Source: Candidatus Latescibacterota bacterium
GTDB taxonomy: Bacteria > Latescibacterota > UBA2968 > UBA8231
Direction: 5' to 3'
Length of the DNA: 64,000 nucleotides
Assembly (NCBI GenBank): GCA_965217585.1
Contig: OZ244561.1
Coordinates: 1,280,001 to 1,344,000, forward strand
In this document: positions 16,369 through 26,754 of the stretch, piece by piece
How positions within the stretch are numbered: the stretch's first letter is position 1
Layout: every line of letters starts with the position of its first letter
Notes under the pieces: generated by a model
The model's database searches: none
What the model saw: the letters and a program-made list of their open reading frames with translations, nothing else
Told to the model about the DNA's origin: nothing
Program-made: the position numbers and the translations under genes

Positions 16369-18894
16369 CTAAAAGTTGTAACTGACTTTTGAGTACCAAA
16401 AGGCCCCATTAAAACCAAATGGGGTGTACTCGCTGTACTTTTCACCCACAGAACCTTTGTTCCTATTTTCTTCTGGAAAGGTATTGAGCACATTGCGGGA
16501 GCCAAGCGTGATCCGCATTTTTTCATTCAGTTTGATACTGGTTTCAATATCAAACAACGGCCATACGGCGGGATATGTTTGATCGTTATCTCTGTCCCAC
16601 CAGGAATCGTAATAGCTCATGCGAATCAAGGAATCCCACCTATCGTTAAAAGATTGCGTCAGAGTCGCGTTGGCGCGGCTTTTGGGCAGTGCTTCCTCCA
16701 GTTGCCGCACGCGAGTCTCACTCAATGTCTCCGTGAGTTTGGTTACTTCTGTGTCTGTGAAGTTGTACACAAAGCTGACATCGCCATTGCCCACAGGCGT
16801 GACAAAAACGATGTCAACGCCAAAGGTTCTGGTTTCGAAGTCGTTGATGAAGAACCGAAAGGTCTGGATGTTTCTCGCGCTCGTTATGCCCGAAGCGATC
16901 AATTGGTCGCGCTGGGCATCGGTCAGAGAGTAGTCCGATGAAATACCCAGGCGGTCCTTCAGGTCAATTAGAAACCCATCAACGGTTAAACTGAAGTTGG
17001 CCCTGTCCACAATAAAGCCAGCCGTGAGGTTGTTCGACTTTTCAGGGTTGAGAGGCTTGCCACCCACCAGTTCGGCCGTGGCGTGGGTTGATGGAATGGT
17101 ACCTATGTTGACCAGATCATTCAACGCGGGATCGAATCGAGTTGATACGTTGAAGGAATTCTGTTGACCGGGTGTGGGCGCTCTGAAACAGGTGCTGAAA
17201 CTGCCGCGCAATCTCAGGTCTTCGGTGATGCTGAAGTTGGTAGCTGCTTTGTAGTTGAGAGTCGAACCAAAGTCACTGAAGTTTTCATAGCGCAGCGCGA
17301 GACCGAGCAACCAATTGTCCGACGGGGTTAATTCGGCATCCCCATAAGCCGCATAATTGGACCGACTCCAGTCGCCGGCAGCAATATCGCTAAAGCCGGA
17401 AAATCCATTGGACGCCGCACTAAATCCCTGAGAGGCCAAAGGACCCATTTGATAGGACTCGGGTTGTCCCTGCACAACTTCGTATTTTTCATTTCGGTAT
17501 TCGAGACCCGCGGCCAAGAAGACCTGATCGCTTACCGGAAATGTAAGGTCGAGATTTAAATTGCGGTCTTTTTGGATATAAGTTCCGGGATCAAATTCCG
17601 TGGGGGTATTGCGTCCCAAAGAGGCATTTACCGTGTTCTTGATCACGAAGTCGGCTTCGTGACTCCCGTAATAAGCACTGAGGTCCCATGTCCAGAGCGG
17701 GTCAAAATTTGCGCCTTTAACCCCCACGAGCAGGGACTGATCGGCGGTGGTGCCGCCAAATCGGGGGGTAAAACCGCCGGGAAAGAGTTCGCGGAACGTG
17801 AAATAGTCGTCTCTATTATCTAAAACCTGTTGTAGCGCGTCCGGGTCTGCCACGTTGTCGGTTATGGTGACTACGGGAGGATCGGGCGCATCGGGGTCCA
17901 ATTTGCCCACGAGCAAGGTCTCACCGCCATCGGCGCTGAAGACGCCCCCGCGCGTATTGGGATTTCTGAAGAAGAATCCGCCTTCCACTTCTTTGCTCGC
18001 ATAGTTGGCATAGCCATAGAATTTGGTGTTTTCCGCCAAGTTCCCGCCGTAGTTGGCAAAGAATTTGAGGTCGTTCCTAATGATGGGCGAACCCCAAATT
18101 TGGGCGGGATCGGCCACATCGGTATTGCCGGCGGCAATGAGTGCTTTGGCGTCATCGCGTTGTGCCGATCGATCCGTCTCATCTGCGTTGCCATATTCCA
18201 AGCTGAGGTTGGCCCACGCATTTTCTCTTCCCAGACCGATATTGCCAGCGAAACTGTGCGTAAAACCATCGCCGGCCTGATAGATACCGGGTTTGATTTC
18301 AATTGAGCCGCCTCGGTAGTGGTCTTTGAGTTGGAAACTCATCACGCCGGCAATGGCGTCAGAACCGTATTGTGCAGAGGCCCCATCGCGCAGGACTTCC
18401 ACTTGTTTTAGAGCAATCGCTGGAATGACCGATAGGTCGGCCCCTTGCGCGCCATCTGATACGCCATTGCCATGCCAAACGACGAGCGAGCTGCGATGGC
18501 GGCGTTTGCCGTTGATGAGTACCAGCGTGTGGTCGGGGGCCAAGCCGCGCAGATTGGCAGGACGGACCAGCGTGGAGGCATCACTGATGGGTTGGGTGTT
18601 GATATTGAAGGAAGGCACAACCGTTCGCACCAGATTTTGCAAATCGGATTCGCCTTGTTTGACGATCTCTGCGCTGCTGACCACGTCGACGGGCACGGCC
18701 GATTCGACGACGGAACGCGGTTTTGCTCGGGAACCAATGACCACCAATTCTTCGATGATAATCACTTGGTCAAGGACAGATGTCGTATCCGTGCTTGCGG
18801 AACGCGGCGTTTCCTGCGACGCGGCAGGTCCATACAGAATGAGCATGGCAGCCATGCCGAGGACGAGAGACAAAAAACGAGATTTGTGTTGCAT
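16369..18894 (-). CDS. TonB-dependent receptor
   Basis: Signal peptide; TonB box EELVVIGSR; plug motifs LRGL..DHTLVLINGKR and EVLRDGASAQYGSDAIAGV; LNPEKS; C-terminal YNF; RBS GGAGG. Confidence 0.95.
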   Translation of the reverse strand: MQHKSRFLSLVLGMAAMLILYGPAASQETPRSASTDTTSVLDQVIIIEELVVIGSRAKPRSVVESAVPVDVVSSAEIVKQGESDLQNLVRTVVPSFNINTQPISDASTLVRPANLRGLAPDHTLVLINGKRRHRSSLVVWHGNGVSDGAQGADLSVIPAIALKQVEVLRDGASAQYGSDAIAGVMSFQLKDHYRGGSIEIKPGIYQAGDGFTHSFAGNIGLGRENAWANLSLEYGNADETDRSAQRDDAKALIAAGNTDVADPAQIWGSPIIRNDLKFFANYGGNLAENTKFYGYANYASKEVEGGFFFRNPNTRGGVFSADGGETLLVGKLDPDAPDPPVVTITDNVADPDALQQVLDNRDDYFTFRELFPGGFTPRFGGTTADQSLLVGVKGANFDPLWTWDLSAYYGSHEADFVIKNTVNASLGRNTPTEFDPGTYIQKDRNLNLDLTFPVSDQVFLAAGLEYRNEKYEVVQGQPESYQMGPLASQGFSAASNGFSGFSDIAAGDWSRSNYAAYGDAELTPSDNWLLGLALRYENFSDFGSTLNYKAATNFSITEDLRLRGSFSTCFRAPTPGQQNSFNVSTRFDPALNDLVNIGTIPSTHATAELVGGKPLNPEKSNNLTAGFIVDRANFSLTVDGFLIDLKDRLGISSDYSLTDAQRDQLIASGITSARNIQTFRFFINDFETRTFGVDIVFVTPVGNGDVSFVYNFTDTEVTKLTETLSETRVRQLEEALPKSRANATLTQSFNDRWDSLIRMSYYDSWWDRDNDQTYPAVWPLFDIETSIKLNEKMRITLGSRNVLNTFPEENRNKGSVGEKYSEYTPFGFNGAFWYSKVSYNF

Positions 18895-18947
18895 GATACC
18901 CTCCTGTGATAGATCTCAGTTCAGTTATGGACACGATTACACTTCAC

Positions 18948-18976
18948 AGAATATGTAGAAATGAGCCGCAATGCAA
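18948..18976 (-). promoter_or_regulatory. Sigma70-type promoter for the TBDR
   Basis: TTGCAT-N17-TATTCT on the minus strand, about 55 bp upstream of the ATG. Confidence 0.5.
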
Positions 18977-18997
18977 GAGATACGTGGTAGAGTAGTC

Positions 18998-20197
18998 TCA
19001 GTCGGGCTCTGCCTCTAAGAATTCGACAAAACAGGTCGCCGTAACCCTGTCGCGTCCAAGAGTCGGGATCTGAGGTCCAGCGACCGAATCCGCGACAGCA
19101 CGCAGGTCAAGACTGGCCGAGGGCCGCAAACGCCAGCGTTTGACCTGTTCGACTAAGCAATCGCCCACGGGGTCGCTGTCCACAGTAGAAGCGAGGAGCT
19201 GGGCACTTTCGACCAGACCACTGGCCAAGATGACAAAGCGGATGGTCGCGCTGCCTGACAGAGCCCGGCCGGCTTGGAATTCGCCGGCAAAGCAGCGATT
19301 GAAGGCGTCGAGTTGGGAGCGGACAAACGCGTCGATGGTCGCGGGCGTGCGCGCCAGATCGTCTGGGGCATAGCCACTCACCTCGCTGGGTGCCTGCAAG
19401 CGCGCCTGCGTAATAGCGCGCAAGGCTGCTGCTCGGGTCTGGTTGGCCAGCGCCAATTGCTCGATCTGGCGGACGAAGCGAAAGTCCATGTCAAAGGTCT
19501 GCAAAGGCTGGTCAAAGGCGTTGAACTTGAGAATAAAATCCCGGAGGTGTAAACGCACCTCCTCGACCTCGTCGACCAGCGGCTCAAAGACGATAAAGCC
19601 ACTGTAGTTTTCGCCTTTGTAGATTTTCTCCCCGACGCCGTAATTGCTGGTGCGCACCTGCCCCATGCGCATGTCAAAGCGATAGTCCTCATTGCCGGTG
19701 ACGCCTTTCCGAGCGCGGTAGTAGGATTCAAAACTATGGGCCGCCGAGCCGGTCGTCGTGCCGTAGGGGGCCAGTTCCTCTCCCCGGCGGTTGGTCGTGA
19801 GCCGACTCTGTAGCGGTTGTAGTTCCACCTTGGGAAAACCCAGATTGTACACTGAGACCGCAAAGACCGTAAAGCGATTGCGCACGTACCCCGTCTGGGG
19901 ATCGACGTAGTCGCCGTACGTATAGGCATTGTACGAATGCGGCCCCTCGGAGGATTCCTGCGGCCACCGAGCGTTTAGCGCGCGGTCGGTCATGTACCGC
20001 ACCTCGACCCGCAACCCCTCCACGCCATAGGCGATGGTCTCGTCCTCTCCAAGAGTATAGCTCGGCCCTAGATCGGAGCGGGGCACCAGCCGGGATACGC
20101 GCTCGTAGCGCGGCGGATAGAGGAGGGTGCAGCCGGCGAGCAGCAAGGCGCTCCACAGCGGCCATTTACCCCCGGGGACAGCGAGCGAAATACGCAT
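18998..20197 (-). CDS. Lipoprotein: conserved uncharacterised N-domain plus C-terminal TonB-C/AgmX-PglI-like domain
   Basis: Lipobox LLAGC; C-terminus FNRCF...GSATIRFVILASGLVESA...VGDCLVEQVKRW; paralog of 51525-52652. Confidence 0.75.
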   Translation of the reverse strand: MRISLAVPGGKWPLWSALLLAGCTLLYPPRYERVSRLVPRSDLGPSYTLGEDETIAYGVEGLRVEVRYMTDRALNARWPQESSEGPHSYNAYTYGDYVDPQTGYVRNRFTVFAVSVYNLGFPKVELQPLQSRLTTNRRGEELAPYGTTTGSAAHSFESYYRARKGVTGNEDYRFDMRMGQVRTSNYGVGEKIYKGENYSGFIVFEPLVDEVEEVRLHLRDFILKFNAFDQPLQTFDMDFRFVRQIEQLALANQTRAAALRAITQARLQAPSEVSGYAPDDLARTPATIDAFVRSQLDAFNRCFAGEFQAGRALSGSATIRFVILASGLVESAQLLASTVDSDPVGDCLVEQVKRWRLRPSASLDLRAVADSVAGPQIPTLGRDRVTATCFVEFLEAEPD

Positions 20198-20201
20198 GTG
20201 C

Positions 20202-21428
20202 TCAGCGCGCCTGATTGTAAAAATCGATTTGCTGCTGGGCGATGGAACCCTTCTGAGTCAGGGCAAAGACCACCATATTGACTCCTATCTTCAGGTGCGG
20301 TTCGTTTTCGCTTTCGCGCTCCCAGAAGGCACCGTAGCCCTTGTCGGAATACACCGCCACCAGTCGGTCACCGAGGAAAATGCCCTCCAAGTAGTACACC
20401 GATCTGCGGAAATTGCCCCCGGACAATTCCTCGCCCCCGGGGGGCGGGCCATCGTCAAAGTCGAAAAATACGTGGTAGAGCGGATGCTCGTTGGGGATGG
20501 GGACAAAGCGGGCGTCGCGGCCTAGGGCCTGCCTAAACATGTCCCGCAGCGAGGCTTCGGCCGGGCCGTACTCTAGCTCGGGCCGGTCGTTGTCGGCCAC
20601 CAAGAAACCACCGTTGCGCAGGTACTTGCCCAGATTGTCAATTTCGTGCTCGGTCAGTTCAAACGCACTGCGGGTGGTGATGTACACAAAGGGGGCCTTG
20701 AACAGATCCTGTGAGTCGATAAACATCTGGTCGATGACCCGAGCCTCAATGCGAGTGTACTGGTTGATCGCCCGCACCAACTGGGAAATCGAGCGCTGGC
20801 GCGAGGGCTGGAGGATGCTGCCCCAGGCCAGTCCCAAGTACACGAAGCCCTGAATGTTGCGCTTGTCGGCCGGATCCTGAATGACCATGCCCCGGTACTT
20901 GCCGGTGTCAATGGCGGCCAGATCGAGGAATTCCGCCTGCATGTCAATGCGCTTTTCCGGCTCTTTCAGACTGGTCATTTCAACGGCTTCGAACTGGGGG
21001 ACGCCCACCACGCCAAGGCCCATGCCTTGAGCCCCAATGGCGGCGATAAAGTCGCGGCCGCCACGGGTGCGGCTCCACCGTCGGCCCGCAGTGGCCTGGT
21101 CCAGCCGAGCGCCCAGACCGCTGCTGAAGCCGCCTACCACCGTGGCCGTCTGATCCCGCGGCACGGATATAATGGGGGTGCCCTCGGGGATGACCTGCTT
21201 TTTAAAGGCGAATTCCCGACTCAACTGGGGGGGAGGAATGAGCAGCGGCGTGTCCAATTCTTGCCATTCGAGGTGGATGACGACCTCTTCCTCGGCCTGT
21301 TCAACAGGTCGGAAGTACAAGGCGACAAAGACCAAATGCAATACTAATGAGACCAGCAGGCCCCAGTAGAGCAGACGCCGGTTGGCCGCAATAACGGCGA
21401 GCGGATCCGCGGGGCGCACAGCTTTCAC
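20202..21428 (-). CDS. DUF4159-domain protein with N-terminal TonB-like TM anchor
   Basis: TM with SLVLH; Pro-rich linker; DUF4159 motifs PFVYIT, YLRNGGFLVAD, IPNEHPLYHVFFDF, IGVNMVVFALT. Confidence 0.8.
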   Translation of the reverse strand: MKAVRPADPLAVIAANRRLLYWGLLVSLVLHLVFVALYFRPVEQAEEEVVIHLEWQELDTPLLIPPPQLSREFAFKKQVIPEGTPIISVPRDQTATVVGGFSSGLGARLDQATAGRRWSRTRGGRDFIAAIGAQGMGLGVVGVPQFEAVEMTSLKEPEKRIDMQAEFLDLAAIDTGKYRGMVIQDPADKRNIQGFVYLGLAWGSILQPSRQRSISQLVRAINQYTRIEARVIDQMFIDSQDLFKAPFVYITTRSAFELTEHEIDNLGKYLRNGGFLVADNDRPELEYGPAEASLRDMFRQALGRDARFVPIPNEHPLYHVFFDFDDGPPPGGEELSGGNFRRSVYYLEGIFLGDRLVAVYSDKGYGAFWERESENEPHLKIGVNMVVFALTQKGSIAQQQIDFYNQAR

Positions 21429-24400
21429 AGGTGTTTCCTCGCAATGGTGGCGCGGCGGCGTTCGACAAAGGCGCGGATGTTGGGGGCGAGTAGGCTGCTG
21501 TCTGCCCGGGCCGCGCTCAGAATGGCGTCAAACACATCCACGGCCCGTTGCCATTCCCCTAACTTTTGGTGGCAAACCCCGATATTGGCCCGGGCGGCTA
21601 TACCACTAGAAGTGTGGGGGAATTGACGCCAGACCTGTTCAAAGCGGGGGATTAGGGCGCGAAACGCCTCGGCGTCGCTGAGTTCGGACGCGGCTTTGAG
21701 GCTGTCGGTCAGCGCGGCGTAATCTCCGTAGGCTACGGCCTCGCGCAGCTCGGGCAACATGGCGGCAGCCCGGGCGGCGGCCGGGGTATCAGGGTATTGT
21801 TCTTCGACTTGGCGAAAGATGTCGTACGCCGCTTGGTGGTCGCCTTGATTGTACAACAGCTCGCCGAGGGTATAGCGGGCCATGGACGCATAGCGGCCTT
21901 CGGGAAAGTTTTTGCGGTACGCCGCAAAGGCCCGTTGCACTTCTTTGTTTCTCTGGTCCGCGTCCCCGGGGAGGGAATTCATCAGACACCAGCCAATGTT
22001 GTAGAGGGCCTCCTCGGCCAAGGGGCTGCGGGGATAGCGGTCAATGAGCTGCTGGTACTGGTCCTGAGCCTGATCGTACTGCTGCAGATTATAGCGGCAC
22101 TCGGCTAGGCGAAAGAGAGCGTCCGGGGCAATGTTGCGGTCCGGGGCCTGGGCCACGACGATTTCAAAGGCAGCCACGGCCTGGGCAAAAAGAGTCTGGT
22201 TAAAGTAGGCGTATCCCAAGTAGTAGTGGGCTTCCGCGGTGCTGGAGTGTTCCGGGTAGCGGGTGATCGAGTCCTGTAAGCGGCCGACCGCTTCCGCGTA
22301 GCGGTCCAGTTGCAGGGCGGCCAGCCCGCCCAAGAAGAGGAAATCGGGCGCGTACAATCCGCTCGGGTACGCCGCCAGACCCAGGGTCGCCGCGTCGGCC
22401 ACGGCTTGGTAATCTTCCAGGCGCAAGGCGGCATCGGCCATGAGCCAGTGCCCTCTTTCGCGCAGATAGTAGCTGCGCTCTAAGGGCCGTTCTTCTTCGG
22501 CAAAGTCGAGGGCGAGCAGCTCCCGGCAGGTGGCAATAACTTGGCCATAGCGCTCTTGGCGGTAGGCGATTTCGGCCAGGGCCAGCAAGTACTCGCCGCG
22601 TTGACGCGGGGCGGAAACCGTCTGCAGTAAACGCTGGTATAGCTGTAATCCTCGGTCGATGTGTCCACCGGCAATATAGGCCGCAGCCAACAAGCGGGAA
22701 GCGGCGGCTCCGGCGGCGCGCTCGAGATCGGCAATGGCCTCGGCGTGCTGGCCGAGTCTGAAATAGGCCATGCCCCGGCCGTAAAAGGCTTGGTGGGCAA
22801 AGGACGAATCCGCGGCGGCCAGGGCTTGGTCAAAGTAGGGCAGGGCCGCCTCTAGGTCGCCAGCGCGGGACAGGGCCGTGGCGATGAGGTAATTGAATAG
22901 CGTTTGCGAGGCCCTATCGGTCTCGGTTTGAGCACCCTCCCGCAGAACTGCCAGCGCCCTTTGGGCGCGGCCCTGCTGCAGCAGCAGGCGGCCGGCTTCG
23001 AGTCGGGAGCGCGGGTACATTTCCGCCTCGGCGCGGACCTGGAGAAAGGAGGCGCCCGCATCCTCCCAAGCGCCGGCATCGCGCTGGGCTATGGCCGCTT
23101 CAAAACGGGCGATATCCGCTTCGGATTTGTCGCCCAGCTCTTCGTCTAAGCGCTGGTAGATCTGGATCGCATCCGCGTACTCGCCGCGGCCGTGGAGGAT
23201 GCGGGCGCGCTGGAAAAGGGCGCTGTGCCGGTATCCGCCGGCCTGCGGCGAGGCCGCTAACGCCTCGAAAATATCAAGCGCCTGAGCGGTGGTAGCCGCC
23301 TCGTCCTGGCGTTGCAGGGCTAGCCCCAAATTGAAGCGCAGGTCCATTTCGTAGGTCGAGCTAGGGAAGGCTTCCAAGGTGCGGCGCAATTCAGCTTCGG
23401 CGCGGCGGAAAAGATCGGTGCGCTCCTCGGGCGCGACCTCTGCTGCCTCGGCGCGGCCAAACCAAGCCCGGGCAATTTGCAGTCCCACTCCTTCGAGGGG
23501 CAGGCCAGCCTGGGCCGCAAAGGCGGCATAGTCGTCGCGGTACGCGCTGTATTCGCTCACCGCCTCTAGGTAGTTGCCGGTTTCAAAGTAGCGGTTGGCC
23601 AGCAGCAATTGCAGCCGCGCCCGGCCAAAGTCGTCCTGTTGCGCTTCTAGGGCGCGCTGGTACACCGCGATACTGGCGGCGACATCGCCGCGCTGGTAGT
23701 GCAACTGCGCCTGGCGCAAATAGGCTTCTTCGGATAGGCGGCGCTCGTCGGCAAAGCGCGCGGCCACCAAGGCATAGGCCTCCACGGCCAGCGCGTACTC
23801 TCCGGTGTGCTCGCGGCACTCGCCAATGCGCAGTAGGGCTTTGGCGGCGATCTCCAATTCAGTCTCGTCGACTAGACCGGCGAGTTTGTTGCGCTGCATG
23901 CGCAGGATCTCGCGCTCGGACATGCGGTCGAGGCGCTGCGAGTCGACCAGCCGCTGGTAGCTGGGGATGGCTTCGGCAAAGCGCCCCAGCGCAAAGTAGC
24001 ATTCGCCAATTTGAAACAGCGCTCGGCTGGTGCGATACCCCGAGGGGAAACGCCCGACCAAATCCTGAAAAACCGCAATGCTTTGGGCGTACTCGCGCAG
24101 TTGATAGTGCGACCAGCCAATATCGTACAGCGCATGAGCCACGTAAGGACTAGTGGGATAGCTGGCGACTAGTTGCCGCGCTTCGTCGATGGTGCGGCGA
24201 AAATCTCCCATGCGGTACGCGCAGGCCACGGCCCGGCTGCGGGAGAGGGCCCGGAGCGCCGGGGTAGCGGAGAGGGTCTCGGTGGCGACAAACGCCTCCA
24301 CGGCTTGTGTCAATAAGTCGTCGGCCCGGCCCTGGTGCTGGGCGCGCGCTTCGTCGCTGCGGGCCTGCGTCGCCCTTTTGAGTTCTTCTTCGCCCATTTT

Positions 24401-24667
24401 GAAATAGGCATTGCCAATTTGGTACGCGGCCACTTCTTGCAGGGGCGCGGCTATTTGGCCGACGGAAACTCGAATGGCCTCCATCGCGAGCAGTTTGTGC
24501 CGACTGCGCATGATGTGGCGATAGTTTTCAATGGCCTGATCGTAGGCCCCAGAGGCGTAGAAGTTCTGGCCGTGCTCAAAGCGGGCCTGCATCTCCTCGG
24601 CCGTGGGCACAAAGCGGGTCGCGGCCGCGGCGAGGGTCAGCAGGGATAAGATGGCTAACGGCAGCAT
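21425..24667 (-). CDS. Large periplasmic TPR protein (BamD/YfiO/CpoB-type TPRs)
   Basis: Signal peptide; many ALY.IG..Y / YP.S...EA repeats; GTGA overlap with the downstream gene. Confidence 0.9.
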   Translation of the reverse strand: MLPLAILSLLTLAAAATRFVPTAEEMQARFEHGQNFYASGAYDQAIENYRHIMRSRHKLLAMEAIRVSVGQIAAPLQEVAAYQIGNAYFKMGEEELKRATQARSDEARAQHQGRADDLLTQAVEAFVATETLSATPALRALSRSRAVACAYRMGDFRRTIDEARQLVASYPTSPYVAHALYDIGWSHYQLREYAQSIAVFQDLVGRFPSGYRTSRALFQIGECYFALGRFAEAIPSYQRLVDSQRLDRMSEREILRMQRNKLAGLVDETELEIAAKALLRIGECREHTGEYALAVEAYALVAARFADERRLSEEAYLRQAQLHYQRGDVAASIAVYQRALEAQQDDFGRARLQLLLANRYFETGNYLEAVSEYSAYRDDYAAFAAQAGLPLEGVGLQIARAWFGRAEAAEVAPEERTDLFRRAEAELRRTLEAFPSSTYEMDLRFNLGLALQRQDEAATTAQALDIFEALAASPQAGGYRHSALFQRARILHGRGEYADAIQIYQRLDEELGDKSEADIARFEAAIAQRDAGAWEDAGASFLQVRAEAEMYPRSRLEAGRLLLQQGRAQRALAVLREGAQTETDRASQTLFNYLIATALSRAGDLEAALPYFDQALAAADSSFAHQAFYGRGMAYFRLGQHAEAIADLERAAGAAASRLLAAAYIAGGHIDRGLQLYQRLLQTVSAPRQRGEYLLALAEIAYRQERYGQVIATCRELLALDFAEEERPLERSYYLRERGHWLMADAALRLEDYQAVADAATLGLAAYPSGLYAPDFLFLGGLAALQLDRYAEAVGRLQDSITRYPEHSSTAEAHYYLGYAYFNQTLFAQAVAAFEIVVAQAPDRNIAPDALFRLAECRYNLQQYDQAQDQYQQLIDRYPRSPLAEEALYNIGWCLMNSLPGDADQRNKEVQRAFAAYRKNFPEGRYASMARYTLGELLYNQGDHQAAYDIFRQVEEQYPDTPAAARAAAMLPELREAVAYGDYAALTDSLKAASELSDAEAFRALIPRFEQVWRQFPHTSSGIAARANIGVCHQKLGEWQRAVDVFDAILSAARADSSLLAPNIRAFVERRRATIARKHL

Positions 24668-24684
24668 GGTTTGTTCCTCGACAC

Positions 24685-26754
24685 CTAGTAGGCTACTCCG
24701 ACGACCCCGGCGGCGCGTTCTGCGCCCGTGTCCACCTTAACTTCCACTTGGTAGAGGTACAGGCCCGGAGCCACGAGCGAACCAGTGGCATTGCGCCCAT
24801 CCCACAAACCCGGGGCTTGGCCGTCGGTTGGCAGCCACACATAGGCACCGGCCGACAGCGGCGGCGGACTGAGGGCGCGCACCAAGCGTCCGCTCAGATC
24901 GAAGATGCGGATGTCCACCTGCCGCGGGGTCTTGACCTTGGAGAGGGCGAATTCGATAGTGGCAAAATCGTTGACTCCATCGGCGTTGGGACTGAAGACC
25001 GGCGGGCGAGCGCGCACTTGGGCGAGCGTCCTCGCCTCCGAGGTAGCGGCCGACAGCACCCACGAATAAGGTGCATTGCTCTGCGGGTCCATGGCCGCGT
25101 TCTCGGCCGCGTTGAGCGGGTTGTCAGAATTAGGGGCAAACAGGCGGGCGCGAAACGCATGGATCGCCGCGTGGGTTTGGGTCCTAAAGCGAATTTGCAA
25201 CTGGGCGTCTTGTCGCAGAGGCTCGGCCAAGGAGATGGTTAGCTGGTCGCGAGTCGAGTCCCAAGTCTCGATGGCACTGCCTTCCAGGCCGGCGATTCCC
25301 TCGAACATGGCCGGCGCGGGCACGTCGATGCAGATCTGGGCCAAGCCCGCGTCGGCGTCGGCGAATTCCACATCGAGGGTGTAGGTAAAGGCGGTATCCC
25401 GGCCCATGGGGACGCGGTTGGGGGCAATGCGGCCCCACGCTTTAGAGACGGGCACTTGGTCGGCGTCGAAATCGATCTCTAGGTGCTCGAAAACAGGGGC
25501 TTTCTCGGGGGAGCGGGTAGCCATGTTGACCCGATACTGCACGAGCTCACCAGGTTCCTCGGCTGGGAACCAGATGTCTCCGGTGGCTAGGGGCAGGCTC
25601 CAGCCCCCTGCGGAATCGGCTAGATCGGCGCGGCGGAACTGCACAGTGAGTTCCGTGCCAGCGGGAACCGTGGCCTGCCAGCGCACCCGACCTACGTTCT
25701 TGACCACGGCCGGGGCACCGAGGTCGAGCGGCACCGAGGTGAACGTTCCCCGTTCTGCGTGCAGGCTGCCGTACACCTCTATTTCGGCCACGTTTGGCTG
25801 GGTGACGGCATTGATATCGACGACAACCAAGCGCAGATGGCGCGTCCACAGCGGAGCAAAGCGGACCTCGGTGCGGATGAAATCGACAATGTCGCGCAGG
25901 ATCGCCACTTCGGTCCAGCGGATTTGGTCGTCGCTGACCTGAATGGAGTAGCCGCGCAGGGAACGGTCGAAGTACTGCTCCGGGTTGCGACCCCGGGTCA
26001 GGACCCGCACAGCGTGGATTTTGCGCCGCGTTCCCAAGTCGATATCGGCATGGAAATTCAGGGCGTTAATCGGCGGATTCCACGAGGTATTCAAATCGCC
26101 GTCGAGCACCTCCGGGCGATTGGAGATCCGGTCTTTGGCCAAGTTTTGGCCGCGCACTTGTTTGAGGGTAATGCCGCCGGCTAGGGAGCCGATATCCGTC
26201 CCACCTAAAAAGCCGGCGATGGGCTGGCCGACAGACAAAGTCGGATCTAGCGTACCTTCTTGCACCAGGTGCCAAGCCTCGTCCCGCGCCACCTCGGCGG
26301 TCGTCCACCCATCATCGGCCTGGAACTGGGCGCTCCAGTACCAAGGCTGGCGGGTGCGATCGGTCGTCGTTTGGACTGCCGAGGTATCCCCGGCAGCAAA
26401 TTCCACGGTCAAGGTTGCGGCCAAGCCATTGCCGCGACCGCGACCGCGGTTGACCACCAGCGCGGCGATGTGGTTGTCGCCGCGCACCACTGGCACCGCA
26501 AAAACTCGCGGCTGCACCACGCTGGAGTCGCTGCCGACTAGTTCGCCGTTGAAGTACGCGGCAAAGCTGTCGGCTGCGGCCATGCGCAGCAAGCCCTCGC
26601 CAGCTTCGGGCACCGCAAAGGTGGTGCGGTAGTAGAGCGCGTTGCGCCATGTGGTCTGCTCCCAGGTGAGTTCTTCGCTCTGGACGGTGGGGCACACCGC
26701 GGCGAGGCCGACAACGGCGAGCAGGATCCGTTCTTGCAGAGTTGTGGGAATCAT
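24685..26754 (-). CDS. Secreted protein: jelly-roll plus discoidin (F5/8C-like) domains and FSPNADGVND-type CTD
   Basis: ATG 26754 in ATGA overlap; LDGDLNTSW, IDLG, YSIQVSDD..W, AEIEVYG; ends GLYLYQV...VVGVAY; paralog of 60901-62964. Confidence 0.8.
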   Translation of the reverse strand: MIPTTLQERILLAVVGLAAVCPTVQSEELTWEQTTWRNALYYRTTFAVPEAGEGLLRMAAADSFAAYFNGELVGSDSSVVQPRVFAVPVVRGDNHIAALVVNRGRGRGNGLAATLTVEFAAGDTSAVQTTTDRTRQPWYWSAQFQADDGWTTAEVARDEAWHLVQEGTLDPTLSVGQPIAGFLGGTDIGSLAGGITLKQVRGQNLAKDRISNRPEVLDGDLNTSWNPPINALNFHADIDLGTRRKIHAVRVLTRGRNPEQYFDRSLRGYSIQVSDDQIRWTEVAILRDIVDFIRTEVRFAPLWTRHLRLVVVDINAVTQPNVAEIEVYGSLHAERGTFTSVPLDLGAPAVVKNVGRVRWQATVPAGTELTVQFRRADLADSAGGWSLPLATGDIWFPAEEPGELVQYRVNMATRSPEKAPVFEHLEIDFDADQVPVSKAWGRIAPNRVPMGRDTAFTYTLDVEFADADAGLAQICIDVPAPAMFEGIAGLEGSAIETWDSTRDQLTISLAEPLRQDAQLQIRFRTQTHAAIHAFRARLFAPNSDNPLNAAENAAMDPQSNAPYSWVLSAATSEARTLAQVRARPPVFSPNADGVNDFATIEFALSKVKTPRQVDIRIFDLSGRLVRALSPPPLSAGAYVWLPTDGQAPGLWDGRNATGSLVAPGLYLYQVEVKVDTGAERAAGVVGVAY

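Noticed and set aside
18905-18960. Pho box or riboswitch upstream of the TBDR
   Set aside because: Only weak partial matches; the leader is too short for a cobalamin or TPP riboswitch
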